From Mytilus californianus (lineage: Eukaryota), in NCBI RefSeq assembly GCF_021869535.1, contig NW_026262701.1, forward strand, positions 34,906,001 through 34,970,000: a stretch of 64,000 nucleotides of DNA, read 5' to 3'. The translations under genes were made by a program, and so were the position numbers. The notes below the pieces were generated by a model, which did not search any database, was not told where the DNA came from, and saw only the letters and a list, made by a program, of their open reading frames with translations. Shown piece after piece: positions 13,199-25,381 of the stretch (its first letter is position 1; every line of letters starts with the position of its first letter).

Positions 13199-14784
13199 AT
13201 AAATATATATAAAGGAAATTTGGTATGATTGCCAAAAGACAACTATCCACCAAAGTTCAAATGAAGTTGATGTAAGCAATATAGTCAACCGTATGGCCTT
13301 CAACAATGAGAAAACCCAATACCGTATAGTCGGCTATATAAAGCCCCGACATGGAAAATATGAAACAATTCAGTTGAAAAACTTATGGCCTAATTTATCA
13401 CAAAACAATTTACGAAAAACAAATATGACAGACATGAACCAACGACAACGACTGAATTACAGGCTCCTGACTTGGGATAAGCACATAAAGAATGATTTAC
13501 AATTAATTTAAGAATTATATATATGAAAATACTTATTATTGAGGTAGCAATTGAATGTCGTTTTCTTCTTTCATCTTACAGTGTATGTAATCGTATAGTG
13601 TGTTAGAAAAGGCAACAATGGGACATAAGAAACGTCACACTATCATGAGAGAATTCTTGTTTAGACGTTTTATATACAATTCAGAACTTCAAATTATTTA
13701 CAAAAAGGATTCCCTTCGCCAATAGCTTCTGTTGCTACATAATAATAACAATAAAATATCACTTGGTGAATATGTTTTTTTATGGTATTATGAACATAAT
13801 AAGATGATAAGTAAAAAATCGCGAATTTTCTCTTTAATACACTTAATTCATATGACAGGCTTTTTAATTGAATATCGTTTGTTTGTTTTTTTTTGTCTAT
13901 ACTACCGCGGATAAGTTTACACCTAGAGTTCACTATTTTAAATCAAATACACGAATGTCTTTCGATATAAGTCATCTATACATATTTGTTTTTCGTTATT
14001 GAGATACAGTTAGTTTCAAGTTTCATGCAAATTTTGTTTTTAAATCTTTGGATCACCCATTTACCCAGGCCTTAGCTAAAGAGCGTTGGGTTTTAGTTTA
14101 GCATAAGCATAATCATACACTATGCAAAGTTGGATATGTATATAACAATACAACATAAGCTCTGTAGAGCTTTTAGTCGTCACTTTGATAAAAAAAAGTG
14201 CTTCAAACCACCGTGTGCGTAGACCATATAAAAGAAAGCAACGTAGAAATGAATTATTCAGCCAGAAAATGAACGGTACTAGAATCAGTGAAAAAATACT
14301 AACACAATTTTTCTCAAATATCTAATATATGTTTTGTAGCATACCTTCTTGAAACTAGAAGAACATTCATGGTGTCGCTGTCGTCAGGATACAGTCGTCT
14401 GGTGACACTTGTCTTATCAATTTTTTTCTTTTCTGTTCACATCAACTCTCTAGTGCCATGAGTATAAACCTAAATATTTATAATTTGGTTTCCAGGTTTC
14501 GAAAGGGACTAGAGTATAACAGTTTCATTGTGATCATTATGATCGAATTTATAACGGCATTGGTCAATATGTGATTCAGAGAGCCTCGGAAGGAATTAAC
14601 AAAAGTAAAATGTAATTGAAAATAAGTATCATATTTTGGAATCATAAGAAGTCTAAAAAAGTATATTCTTGGGGTTCTTAACTTCTGTCAGAAATGTCGG
14701 CCGTTCGACTGTGTCAACGTGATAGACTGAGAAAGTAGCATTTAGTTTTTGTCACTGTAATAAATAGACAAATGGAGGCGAAAG

Positions 14785-15085
14785 ATACCAAAGGGACATT
14801 CAAACTCATAAGTCGAAAATAAACTGACAACGCCATGGCTAAAAAAGAAAAGGACCAACAGGCAAACAATAGTACACAAAACACAACATAGAAAACTAAA
14901 GACTGAGCAACACGAACCCCACCAAAAACTAGGGTGATCTCAGGTGCTCCGGAAGGGTAAACAGATTTGTGGCACCCGTCGTGTTGCTCATGTTAGTTCA
15001 AACCCGGAATATGTATAATTCGGAAGGTCACATTCTGGGAAAAGGGGACGGGATTGTAGTTAAGATATTTGGAACATATCTGCTA
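14785..15085 (-). mobile_element. 5'-truncated Naiad-type PLE 3' end
   Basis: Homologous to 32130-32455 (end of RT ORF plus 3' tail). Confidence 0.75.
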
Positions 15086-17029
15086 CAAAAAAAACGTCAT
15101 GCTTGGTTTAAATGATTTGAGGTCAGTTTATGAAAGTAAAAGTTATAATAAGGCCTCCGTTTTAGATTTTCTAAATATTCTTAAATATCAAATAAATATT
15201 CAATAAAGTTTGTGTGATATTGATATAGTTTTGTTTTCGTTTGCTTTAGGATTTGAAAAGCTTCATATTTACAATGCTGAAGAGTAAAACAGTCTACTTT
15301 TGGAATTTCTTTTCATCAGAACACATCTACAGATAAAGGTAAAAGTCTGACCAAAGATATAATTTGAAACCATTTAGATATCTCATGAAAGATGTTGACG
15401 TGAGCACCAATATACTTTGATATGAAATGTGTCTTCAAATATGTATACAAAAATAATTGCTTAATAACGCATTTGATAATAAACGAGATGTATATCAAAT
15501 TATGAACACAATGCTCAATGCATACACTCCTTTGACATTAAGACAAGTGATTGTTTTTTTCTATATTTTTTTTTTTTATTTTTCATTGTTGGTCAAGGTA
15601 TTAAATTTTCAAATACCAACTTAATCATTCAATCAATTTTTTAAAGTTTTAATTTTTATACGTAACATGGACCTTTCACTTGCATGAGAATAATTTTTTG
15701 GATCGGTGATTATAACTTATTTATTATAATTGCGTAGAATTACTTGGTGGCGATATTTCTTCTATTGCATTTCGATTCAATGAACTAATCAATATTTTCG
15801 TTGATGTGTCCCGATTTCAAATGAATATTCACCTACCACAATAGAATTGCAACTTTGTTGCAGTTTTTCCTCTGTCATCAAGTTGGTATACAAGTTCCGT
15901 AATATGTCATATATTAACTTATTAGGTCTCTCCAACTTTCAGTGGAAAACCTTTTTTATTTTATTCTGACTTTTTAAAACCGTAAGTAGCAAATGAGCCC
16001 CCTTATTTCGAACCTTAATCCATAGAAACCATATATTTTAGGAATCAGTGTAAAATAAGCTATCATACGACACCGAAAGAAAGTTTGAAACCAGAAATCA
16101 CAAATAAGTACAAAAAGATGGTGTCGTATCATTATTTATTGAAGACAAGTTTTCAGTTATTACCTACTTATTGTCCATCATTAACAGAATAAAAATGTAA
16201 GTGATTAGAATATTTTTGATTACGAGCTATAATCCCAGAGTGTTAACAATTTGTCAGTGATCTATTTGAGGTTTAAAAAATAAAAAAAAAATTGTATAAA
16301 ACTACTAATTATAGGATAAAGATCAAGTCAGAGTATTTTTGTTTCGGTCTAGTGGTTACGAAACCTAACACCTACTATATATCATACACTAATTGACTGA
16401 GGTATTGGCAAAGCTGTCGTCCCTCAGACGAGGACAGCTGTTGACATCGGAGTACAATACATTTGATATTACCAACATAAGCTGTTGTTAAGTATTTTAC
16501 TTTCGATGAAACCTACATACATCACCTATAAAAAAATAGCCACTTAAACATGTACATGAAGTAGAAGCAGGCTTTTTCGGTGTTGTTCTTGTGTTATTAT
16601 AAATATTTCAGTTAATATACTCAAAACCAGAGATGGAAAACTATCATGCAAATGACGACAAACCAAGAAACATTTGTTATGTTGTAGCTTTTTAAAATGT
16701 CTTTTTATTTGGATTTTTCTCTGGTTTCCTTTTTAAACATTACTCCTGGTGAGTAAGTTATCAATTTGAAAACAGATAAGTTGCTAACATCTACGTCAGT
16801 TGCTTACATCTACCTTCATTTGGTCTCTGGTTGATTGTTGTCTCATTGGCAAACATTCAACATCTCCTTATTTTATATCATAAGATGACGACATAGACGG
16901 GCTCATAAAGTTATCAGTTTAAACTGTATATTTATTTCCTGTTTTCCATATTTTATCAAGCGAAAAAGTTCATGCAACGGAATAGTCAATGACGTCAAGA
17001 AAAATATGTATTACAGGTCCAAGAAGATA

Positions 17030-17520
17030 TCCAGGGGTCAATCAAAAATCATAAGTCCAATAAAAACAGACAACACCACGGAAAAAAGGAAAGAAACGAA
17101 GAAAAGACAAACAACAATAACAGAACATTACACAGAAAACTACACAGAACACTACACAGAAAACTAAAGATTGAGTTACACGAACCTATTTTAAATCTTG
17201 TGTGTACTTTGGTGCTCCGGAACGGTAAGCAGTTCCTTCTCAACCAGTGGCACTTTACGTATTACTCATTGCAAGTAAAAATACGGCGATAAGTCGGTTA
17301 TGCGACAATCGAGGACAAAAGGACGTGATTGCTGTTACAAGTGAACATATCCATGGTCATCAGTGACACATATATTTCGTAAGACAACAAAATCATGATG
17401 ACGTCCGTAAAATATTCAAAAGGATGTTTTCAACTTTACAATGTGTATCCCTTGATGCAATAGCTTCTTTCTAAGTAGTAACACTTGATCAAGAAAATCT
17501 CCATGGGAAATACAAGCACA
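17030..17520 (-). mobile_element. 5'-truncated Naiad-type PLE 3' end
   Basis: Minus strand encodes ACISHGDFLDQVLLLRKKLLHQG...FYGRHHD, followed by the same 3' tail as 32160-32455. Confidence 0.7.
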
Positions 17521-18751
17521 TATAATATTTTATTTTTTCAAGTTAGAAAAACATACTGCTGTTTTATGATAAATTGTATAACTGTGTAGTATTTTAGATT
17601 TGGTTCGTCGTTTGTTTTTGAACAGTAAATGATAAATATTAGGGACGAGATCGTTAACAATAAAACATTTAAGAAATGCAGTTGTCAGAGTGAAGGGATT
17701 GGTAATTTCAAATGTTATGTTTAATAGTGCGGGTTTTGTCTGGTTGTTCATTTTTTTTTATTGGAGTTTTTGTCTTGCATTATTATGTTGAAATACTTAG
17801 GAACACGTGTAATCTATTGTGTATTTCCATTTTTTATGTTCCATCTTAAAAGAAACCTTGACCAGAGTCGCTTACGTTATTTATGAGATAACTCGTATCA
17901 TAGACAGCCTCCCATGGTATAGTTTTTGCATTTCAGTATATAAACTGTCTGAAATATAGTTTTGCTTCATTTGTTTTACATATTCGTTAAGTAAAAAAAT
18001 GCAAAACTAAAATAGTAAGATCTGGTTTCGTCTCTTTTTGGTTGGGTGGATGTATTTTTAACATCCAGCAAGTAGTATTTCAATTGTATTCATGTTTATA
18101 AAATGTTAGAATTATATCAAAATGAACTATTTTTTGCACTGGACTCACATAATGACGGATGTTAACGTGCTATCTCACAATGTAACATTTCGTGGGACGA
18201 CATGTCACATGACTGTATTAGACTTTCCTGCTCTCGGTAATTCGCTCTCATTTCTAAATGCTGGATGAAAGCATCAAATTCTATTTTCATTTTTTTCTTT
18301 GATCCAACATGACTTTTTAACGTCCTTCCGGAAGATAAGAGAGAATCATGCCACACAATATTCCAGTTGGTTTTTTTAATTGGAAGGTGATTTGTATTTT
18401 TCTCACTGTGTAACTTTATACCAATTACCGATTTATTTTTTGAGATCAAGAACAATTGTTACAAAAAAATGGTATGATTGAAAAAGGATGTTACAAAAGT
18501 AAGTGCAATACGCCTATCCATGTCAAAAACTAAAACAGACCTTCTTCCCTTCCGGAAAAGGGAAATTACTCACGAATTGAATTCCTTTGAAAAATATTGC
18601 TGAAGACATCTAATAACTCTTTTAGTTTTTTAATGAAATCTTCGTAAATAAAGAAAATCAAAAATCGGAACAAAACAATGGTAATAAATTAATATTCAAT
18701 GAGTACATATAATATATGAAATAAAGTCAAACGGATAAACATCGAATATGC

Positions 18752-21700
18752 TCAAGGTCCTTTACAAGTTGACGAAATACCAACACATGCCTTTAAATTA
18801 TCGTCAAATTTCAGTTGTACTGGACATGGTCTGGTAAACACACCACTTGGAGCACACGTAAGGTAGTAATGGCACCCTTTGCAAGACTGGTGGTCTCCTA
18901 ATCCTTTGTTCATGCAAGTATCCGTTCCATTTCCACATCCGTCTGGAAAAAAAACGAGTATGAATATGTGGCAAACATAAATACAGTAAAAACTATTTGA
19001 AAATCAATCGATAAAAACTGTTTTCAAATGAATCGAAAATTACAGATTAACATTTTTCACCACACCATACCAATGTTTTTGAAAAACCAAAACAACTTTG
19101 AAATGGTTGGAATCTCTACTTACTTGTAAAAAAGTTATTTCCTATTGTTAAACATTGACCACCAATTGGACACGGCAAATTCATACCTCCTGGTTCTGAA
19201 ATAAAAAAACCAGTTAAGTGTTGCAAAATATATGACCATCATGTTGTAATTATAAACTAGTTATCCATACATAAACTGGATATACTTGTAGTGATCGATG
19301 TACATCTGTTTCTCTCTGTGTGTGTGTGTAAAAATTAAACGTGTTATGTCGCTGTTATATACGCGAAGTCACTTATCTATTTTTTAGTTTTAGAAGAAAT
19401 CTTGTATTTCTACTGCAAATCGACAATCGTCCAGAATATGCCTGAAATATTTGCCATTGGATGTTATGCAACCAACAATCATTCAACAAATATTACTACA
19501 GCGCTTATGTTTAAATTTTTATTTTCCCATAATTTTACAAATTCTTACACAAAAAAAGAATTATCAGTCATATTAAATGAATTATACGTTTGACAGATAC
19601 ACAAGTAAAGTTATGTCGCTTTTTTCAATACTTCCCATTCAATATGGGTCATGATAAATCCTTGTCTGACTGACCAAAGCCTTGTATTTAAAACATAAAA
19701 TTAAACAATTTAACTTTTGGAAATCGGTCATTTCTTAAGACTTAACATAAAAATAAGAAGATGTGGTATGATTGCAAATGATTGATTGATTGATTATTTG
19801 GTGTTTAATGCCACTTTCAACACTATTGTGCTATATCGTGGCGGTCAGTTTTTATTGGTGGAGGAAGCCGGAGCGCCCGGAGAGAACCACCGAACTTCGG
19901 TAGGAAAACTGACAATCCTAGTCAATTAAGATTTGAGTCGAGCGCACCTGTCACTTGCCGAAGATTGCCAATGAGACAACTCTCCATCAGAAACCAAATA
20001 ATACAGAAGTTATCATCTATAGGCCTGATTTATGTACAAAACAATAACGAAAACAAATATGCTAAACAGCAACAAACGACAGCCACTGAATTACAGTCTC
20101 CTGACTTGAGACAGGCACATACCTTATTTAATCATCAAACTTGTTTAATGTTTATTATTGACAAAAACGTATACTGTACAGCCTTCATCAAAATCGTCTA
20201 TTAAAACTTAAAATTAAACAATTAACTTTTGAAAATCGGTAAATTCTTGATAGTTAATACCAACAAAAAGATTATTTACAATTCAATTGCTTGGTGAAAT
20301 CAAAAATCAAAAATTAAATATATTATAGTAAAATATGTTTCCCTTTTCAAGAAGTTATGGTTTCTTTCTTTTTTTTCTTTCTTTCTGATCCATAGTATAT
20401 TTTTGTCACGTTAGTAAAGTTCACTTGCTTCAATTTTTAAACTAAAATATATATTCAGATTCAATTATAGAATTATAAGCACACTTAACCAAAAGTAACA
20501 TTACTGGTTTTTTTCAAACTGTTTTCTTTTTTTAGAAAATGTGCCAACTTACTCTTAGTTGGGACAATTTGTTTCAATGTAGCTGGAATGAGATTTGATG
20601 GAGGTGTAATGAGACCACCATTTCCGCTACCAGTTCCGGTTCCGGGTCCGCCAGGTCCTGTCCCTCCAGGGGTAGGACAGCCAGCTCCAACAAGTCCATG
20701 ACCAGAACCATTTATATTGTTATTGTTGTTGTTATTATTGTTGTTGCTGTATATTGCGTTCGCAGGTGGTGTCCAGTCTACATATAAAAACATTGAAGGA
20801 TATATGTCCTTATTACCAAATTCTTTTTTCATGAATGCCTTATCTTTTTTTTTACTCAGTTATTTTACATGTCAACGAGTTTTTCGTAGAAAATTAAAAA
20901 AAAACAATACTTCAGAGTCAAATTAGTTTTATCGAAGCAATGCACGTATATCTTACTTTTTGCCATTAAAAGTAGACATATTAACTTGTCCTTTTATGTA
21001 CAAATTTGATTTGTAAAAAGTATTGAAAGTCAGATTTTATCTGCACTATATCTATAGAAATGTCAATTAAAAGGAATTACTTTTGTAAAATTATCTGGAT
21101 TGTTGCTAATTATTATTATCTCTTTGAAACTTACATTTCTTTTTCTCACATACATATGGTAAAGGGGCAAAACAATTGACATCATTCAGTTCGGAGTTGA
21201 CAAATTCACCGCAGTGTTCACTACCAGCATAATTGTCTGGATTTCCCTTCTTCCATGGTCTAAAAAACAAATTCTGGTTTGGTTACATTCCAATAATCGC
21301 ATAGTATTTTCTTATTATTGTAATAAAATAAATCTGGCAGATTTATTATTACATTTCGAAAAACGGGAAAACATACAGGTCAATTTTTTCAAGTTGGAGA
21401 TCATGAACTATTTTTATTTTTTTTATTTAAATACTTTTGTCACAATTTTCAACGCGGTATGTAGCTAACATTAAAAAAATGAAACATGAAATAGATGTTC
21501 GTTAACTTTTAGAAAAGTTGTCTTAGGGAAATCTATGAACGTAACACTTACAACAAAGAAAGATCATGTGGTGTTCCATCTGTCCATACATATTTACTGG
21601 AGTCTTTTCTTGGTCGATTGTTCAAACCGATCCATACCTGATATAGTTGGTTGCTTGCAAATTTAGAATGTTGTATTTGTGATAATCGCGTCGTCAGCCA

Positions 21701-24700
21701 ACTCTACAAAATGGTAATATGTTTTGAAATTATGATTTACATATCAATTTTTTGTACAGTGTAGTACTATGAAATAAAATATAGTTAGCAGAAAATCTAA
21801 ATTTCTTCGCCTCTCAACGTCTGGCAGAAGTTTTTATTTAGATTTCTCAGTGTCCAAAATCGCTGAATCCATCTTACATCTATGTTTATGACTAACCGCG
21901 CGTGATGATTGTCAAGCATACATGAGGGACTGAATGGGGGTCCTTCATTTCTGTATTCTTTATTTTTTTAGGTCATTTTTCTCTATTCTTTATATTTTAG
22001 CACCTCATTCTTCTCTTTTCATTATTTTCTGGTCCATTTTTCTCTATTCTTTATAATTTTTGCCCATTATTCTCTATTCTGTAAACCCCCATCCACACCA
22101 TCATCCATGTAAAACGTTATTCAGTCTCTGATAGCTCATATTCCTTAAAGACTTACATATAATCATATCCAGATTGAAGATATGTATACCCCAAATATCT
22201 AATATTTTTATCTTTTATACAATTCATATGTACTAGAGCACATTGGTAAAATAAAAGAAATATTACTGTATTGTTCGAAAATGGTTGACGAACAGGGTCT
22301 TTCAAATGATTTGAATCCGTTTGCTTTTGTCATCAAATTATTTGTTATGTCACCTATAACCATATCATTAGAGAGCAGACAACCCTTAATTCCATGGGGG
22401 GGGGGGGGGATTTTATTCTTATCCATTCAAAATCAACACGATCTACATACAATCTTCAACAAGTTCAAGAACAGGCCGTGATCAGGGGTATTTCCCGTAG
22501 TGATAAATTCTAGTTGCTTGAGTTTTTGATCGTCCATAAACCTGTATTTTTACCTCACATGAACTACTCCGAAAATAATAAATTAAATTCTAATCTTTTT
22601 TCAGAAGGAAATCATCATTAGATTTCTTTCATTTGGTCGCTGTTATTCCTACAACCAAACAAGGGTTTAACATTTCGTCTATTCGTCACTATGGTTTACT
22701 AGTTACATATCTAACCATTTGCCATGAACGGATGCGACATAATTTTTCTACAACAAACTTGAGTCGAACTTTTGATTAATCCTTAGAACTTTTTTCATAT
22801 ACAGTGTATGGTTGCAAAATACTTGATGCATTTAGTTAAGAATTTGTTTGTCAATGGTAGAAACTTATGTATCTTTCGCCTCTCTTTTAGCTGTATGTGG
22901 CTAAACTTTTAAGAATTTTGAGACTTCAATGCTCTTCAACTTCGAACTATATTTGGCCTTTTTAACTTTTTATGTGAGTGTCACCAATGAGTCATTTGTA
23001 GACGAAACATGCGTCTGGCGTCTGGCGTAGAAAATTTTAATCCTGGTATCTATGATGAGTTTATTTACCGGTGTTATCTACGTGCAATATATTACTGCAA
23101 TACGTCTGAATAAATATTATTTAAACAATTTTATTACCTTTTCGGCTTGACTGTCTATTTTAAGCAAGTCTCCTTGATTGTTTAGACAGTCTTGCCTTGC
23201 TTCCATCCAAGATTTTGTCTTTTTAGATGTGATTATGTAGCAATCATCTGTACCAGGTCTTCCCTCCCAACCCGTGGGACATTTCCCTAGTGGATCTGTA
23301 AGAAAAATGAATACATCTTATTCTTTTATTCTTTTTTTTTAATTTTAAAGACATTGCAGAAAGAACTATTATAAAAATCCCAAGCGAAAACTCTTTGTGT
23401 TATTTTGAGAGAAAAAAAAATGATTTTTAATATCACTTTACCAAATTATGCACTGAATATCTAGGAACAACATAACAATCTTCAAATATATATATATATA
23501 TAAACGAACTCGTCTTAACATCAACCCAACAATGTTAGATCTGTTTTGTTCTTCCCTCGCCGGGATTCGAACTCATGCTACTGAGATATCGTGACACCAA
23601 ATCGCCTGCACTGTATCCGACGCGCTAGACCACTCGACCACCTAGGCTTCAAAAATAAAGCTTTCGGTGGCCGGGTGTTACCTTTCATCGTCAGTTTTAG
23701 TCTAGCGTCGTAATACAGTACATGATATATAAGGCATGAAGATGGGATTGTTACAGATCAGCTGAAATATATATTGTGAAGGATCTTACAAATTAATGCA
23801 AGATACAGTCACAGAAATAATTATATTTATAAGGACGTCTGAACCAGTGACAACTCTACAACAAATTTATCCATCGGATCACAGCAGTATATATATATAT
23901 ACAAGTCTAAATTGAAAACAACGTTCTAACCTATGATTGCGTTGGATAAAAACCGCAATTTTCATACGTGTGCATGCAAAACAAATTTCTTGGAAGAGGG
24001 GTACAGCACAAACAAAATTTTCCAAAAGACCAAAAAGTGAAAAAGTATATTTTAACAAAACGCATTTGACTAACAGGTCGAACAACTGATGTTCTTAAAC
24101 CCTGCTGACTGTCATTGGCGATTGCCAAATAAACGTATTACCAGATGTAAAAAATGGATCTTAATTATACCCCACGCAAATGTTTTGCGAAGGGTATAAT
24201 GTTTTTGACCCGTCCGTCCGTCTGTCTTTCCGTCCGTGCGTCCGTCTGTCCGTCAGTCCGTCATTCCTGTTTCTTGTCATTGCAACTCCTCTCAAACCAC
24301 ACAACAGAATTTCATGAAACCTTTTTAGATAATAAGGACATACTATGTAAATCTGCATATCGACAGCAATTTACGAATCAAGTTTTTTCCCAGGAGTTAC
24401 GCCCCTTTGAACTTATTTGCCCAATATACTACTGCAACCTTTTGTCATCGCAACTCCTCTGAAACCACACCACAGAATTTCATGAAACTTTGTAGATATT
24501 AAGGACATACTATGTAGATGTGCATATCGACAGGAAATTACGATTCATTTTTTTTTTCTAGGAGTTACGCCCCTTTGAACTTATTTGCTTCAATGTACTT
24601 CTGCAACAGTTTGTCATCGCATCTCCTCTGAAACCACACAGCAGAATTTCATGAAACTTTGTAGATAATAAGGATATGCTATGTAGATGTGCATATTGAC

Positions 24701-25343
24701 AGGAAATTATGATTCAATTTTTTTTTCTTACACTTATTTTATTTCTCCAATGACAATGTGGGGACGTGGGGTATGTGAGCGCGCTCACTATGGTTCTTTA
24801 ATTATTAATTTGATACCAAACAGAAAACAATAAACTTGCGGAAAAGATGGTATACCGCAAACATGAGGTGCAAAAATTTGTACACCATATCCGGATTTCG
24901 ACAATGAATGTCTCTTCAGTGATGTTAGGAATCGAAACGGCCATATAATTTACCTCAATTTAGGATAAACTCTTGAATTTTGAAGAGTCGTAATAGGATG
25001 AACGGATCATATAAGCCCGAAGGAAAATATAATATAAGCCCAAATGAAAAAAATATAAACAAGTCTAAATTGAAAACAACGTTCAAACCTATGATTGCGT
25101 TGGATAAAAACCGCAATTTTTATACGTGTGCATGCAAAACAAATTTCTTGGTAGAGGGGTCTAAATACAGCAGAAACAACATTTTCCAAAAGACCAAAAA
25201 AAGTATATTTTAACAAAAAGTATTTGACTTACAGGTCGTACAACTGATGTTCTTAAACCCTGCCGACTGCCATTGGCGATTGCCAAATAAACGTATCACC
25301 AGATGTAAAAAATGGATCTTAATTATTAATTCAATACCAAACA

Positions 25344-25381
<38 letters not shown>

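Larger units (their letters stand above)
23901..25343 (-). mobile_element. Hammerhead direct-repeat element, copy 2 (interrupted at 24167-24797)
   Basis: Same repeat-unique-repeat layout as 12355-13198 and the same 3' end (AGACTTGT then TA run). Partial inverted copy at ~25414-25490. Confidence 0.8.

Noticed and set aside
20717-20926. Plus-strand ORF with poly-Leu resembling a signal peptide
   Set aside because: It is the antisense of the poly-Asn lectin exon.
23545-23650. Possible tRNA gene
   Set aside because: A and B boxes are present, but the acceptor stem does not pair and the spacing is too long; treated as SINE-derived.
12482-25216. Recurrent short ORFs (12482-12736, 13023-13253, 23879-24128, 24980-25216) and the pair 38697-38894 / 43144-43341
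   Set aside because: They recur only because they lie in DNA repeats; no domain signal, and their ends vary between the diverged copies.
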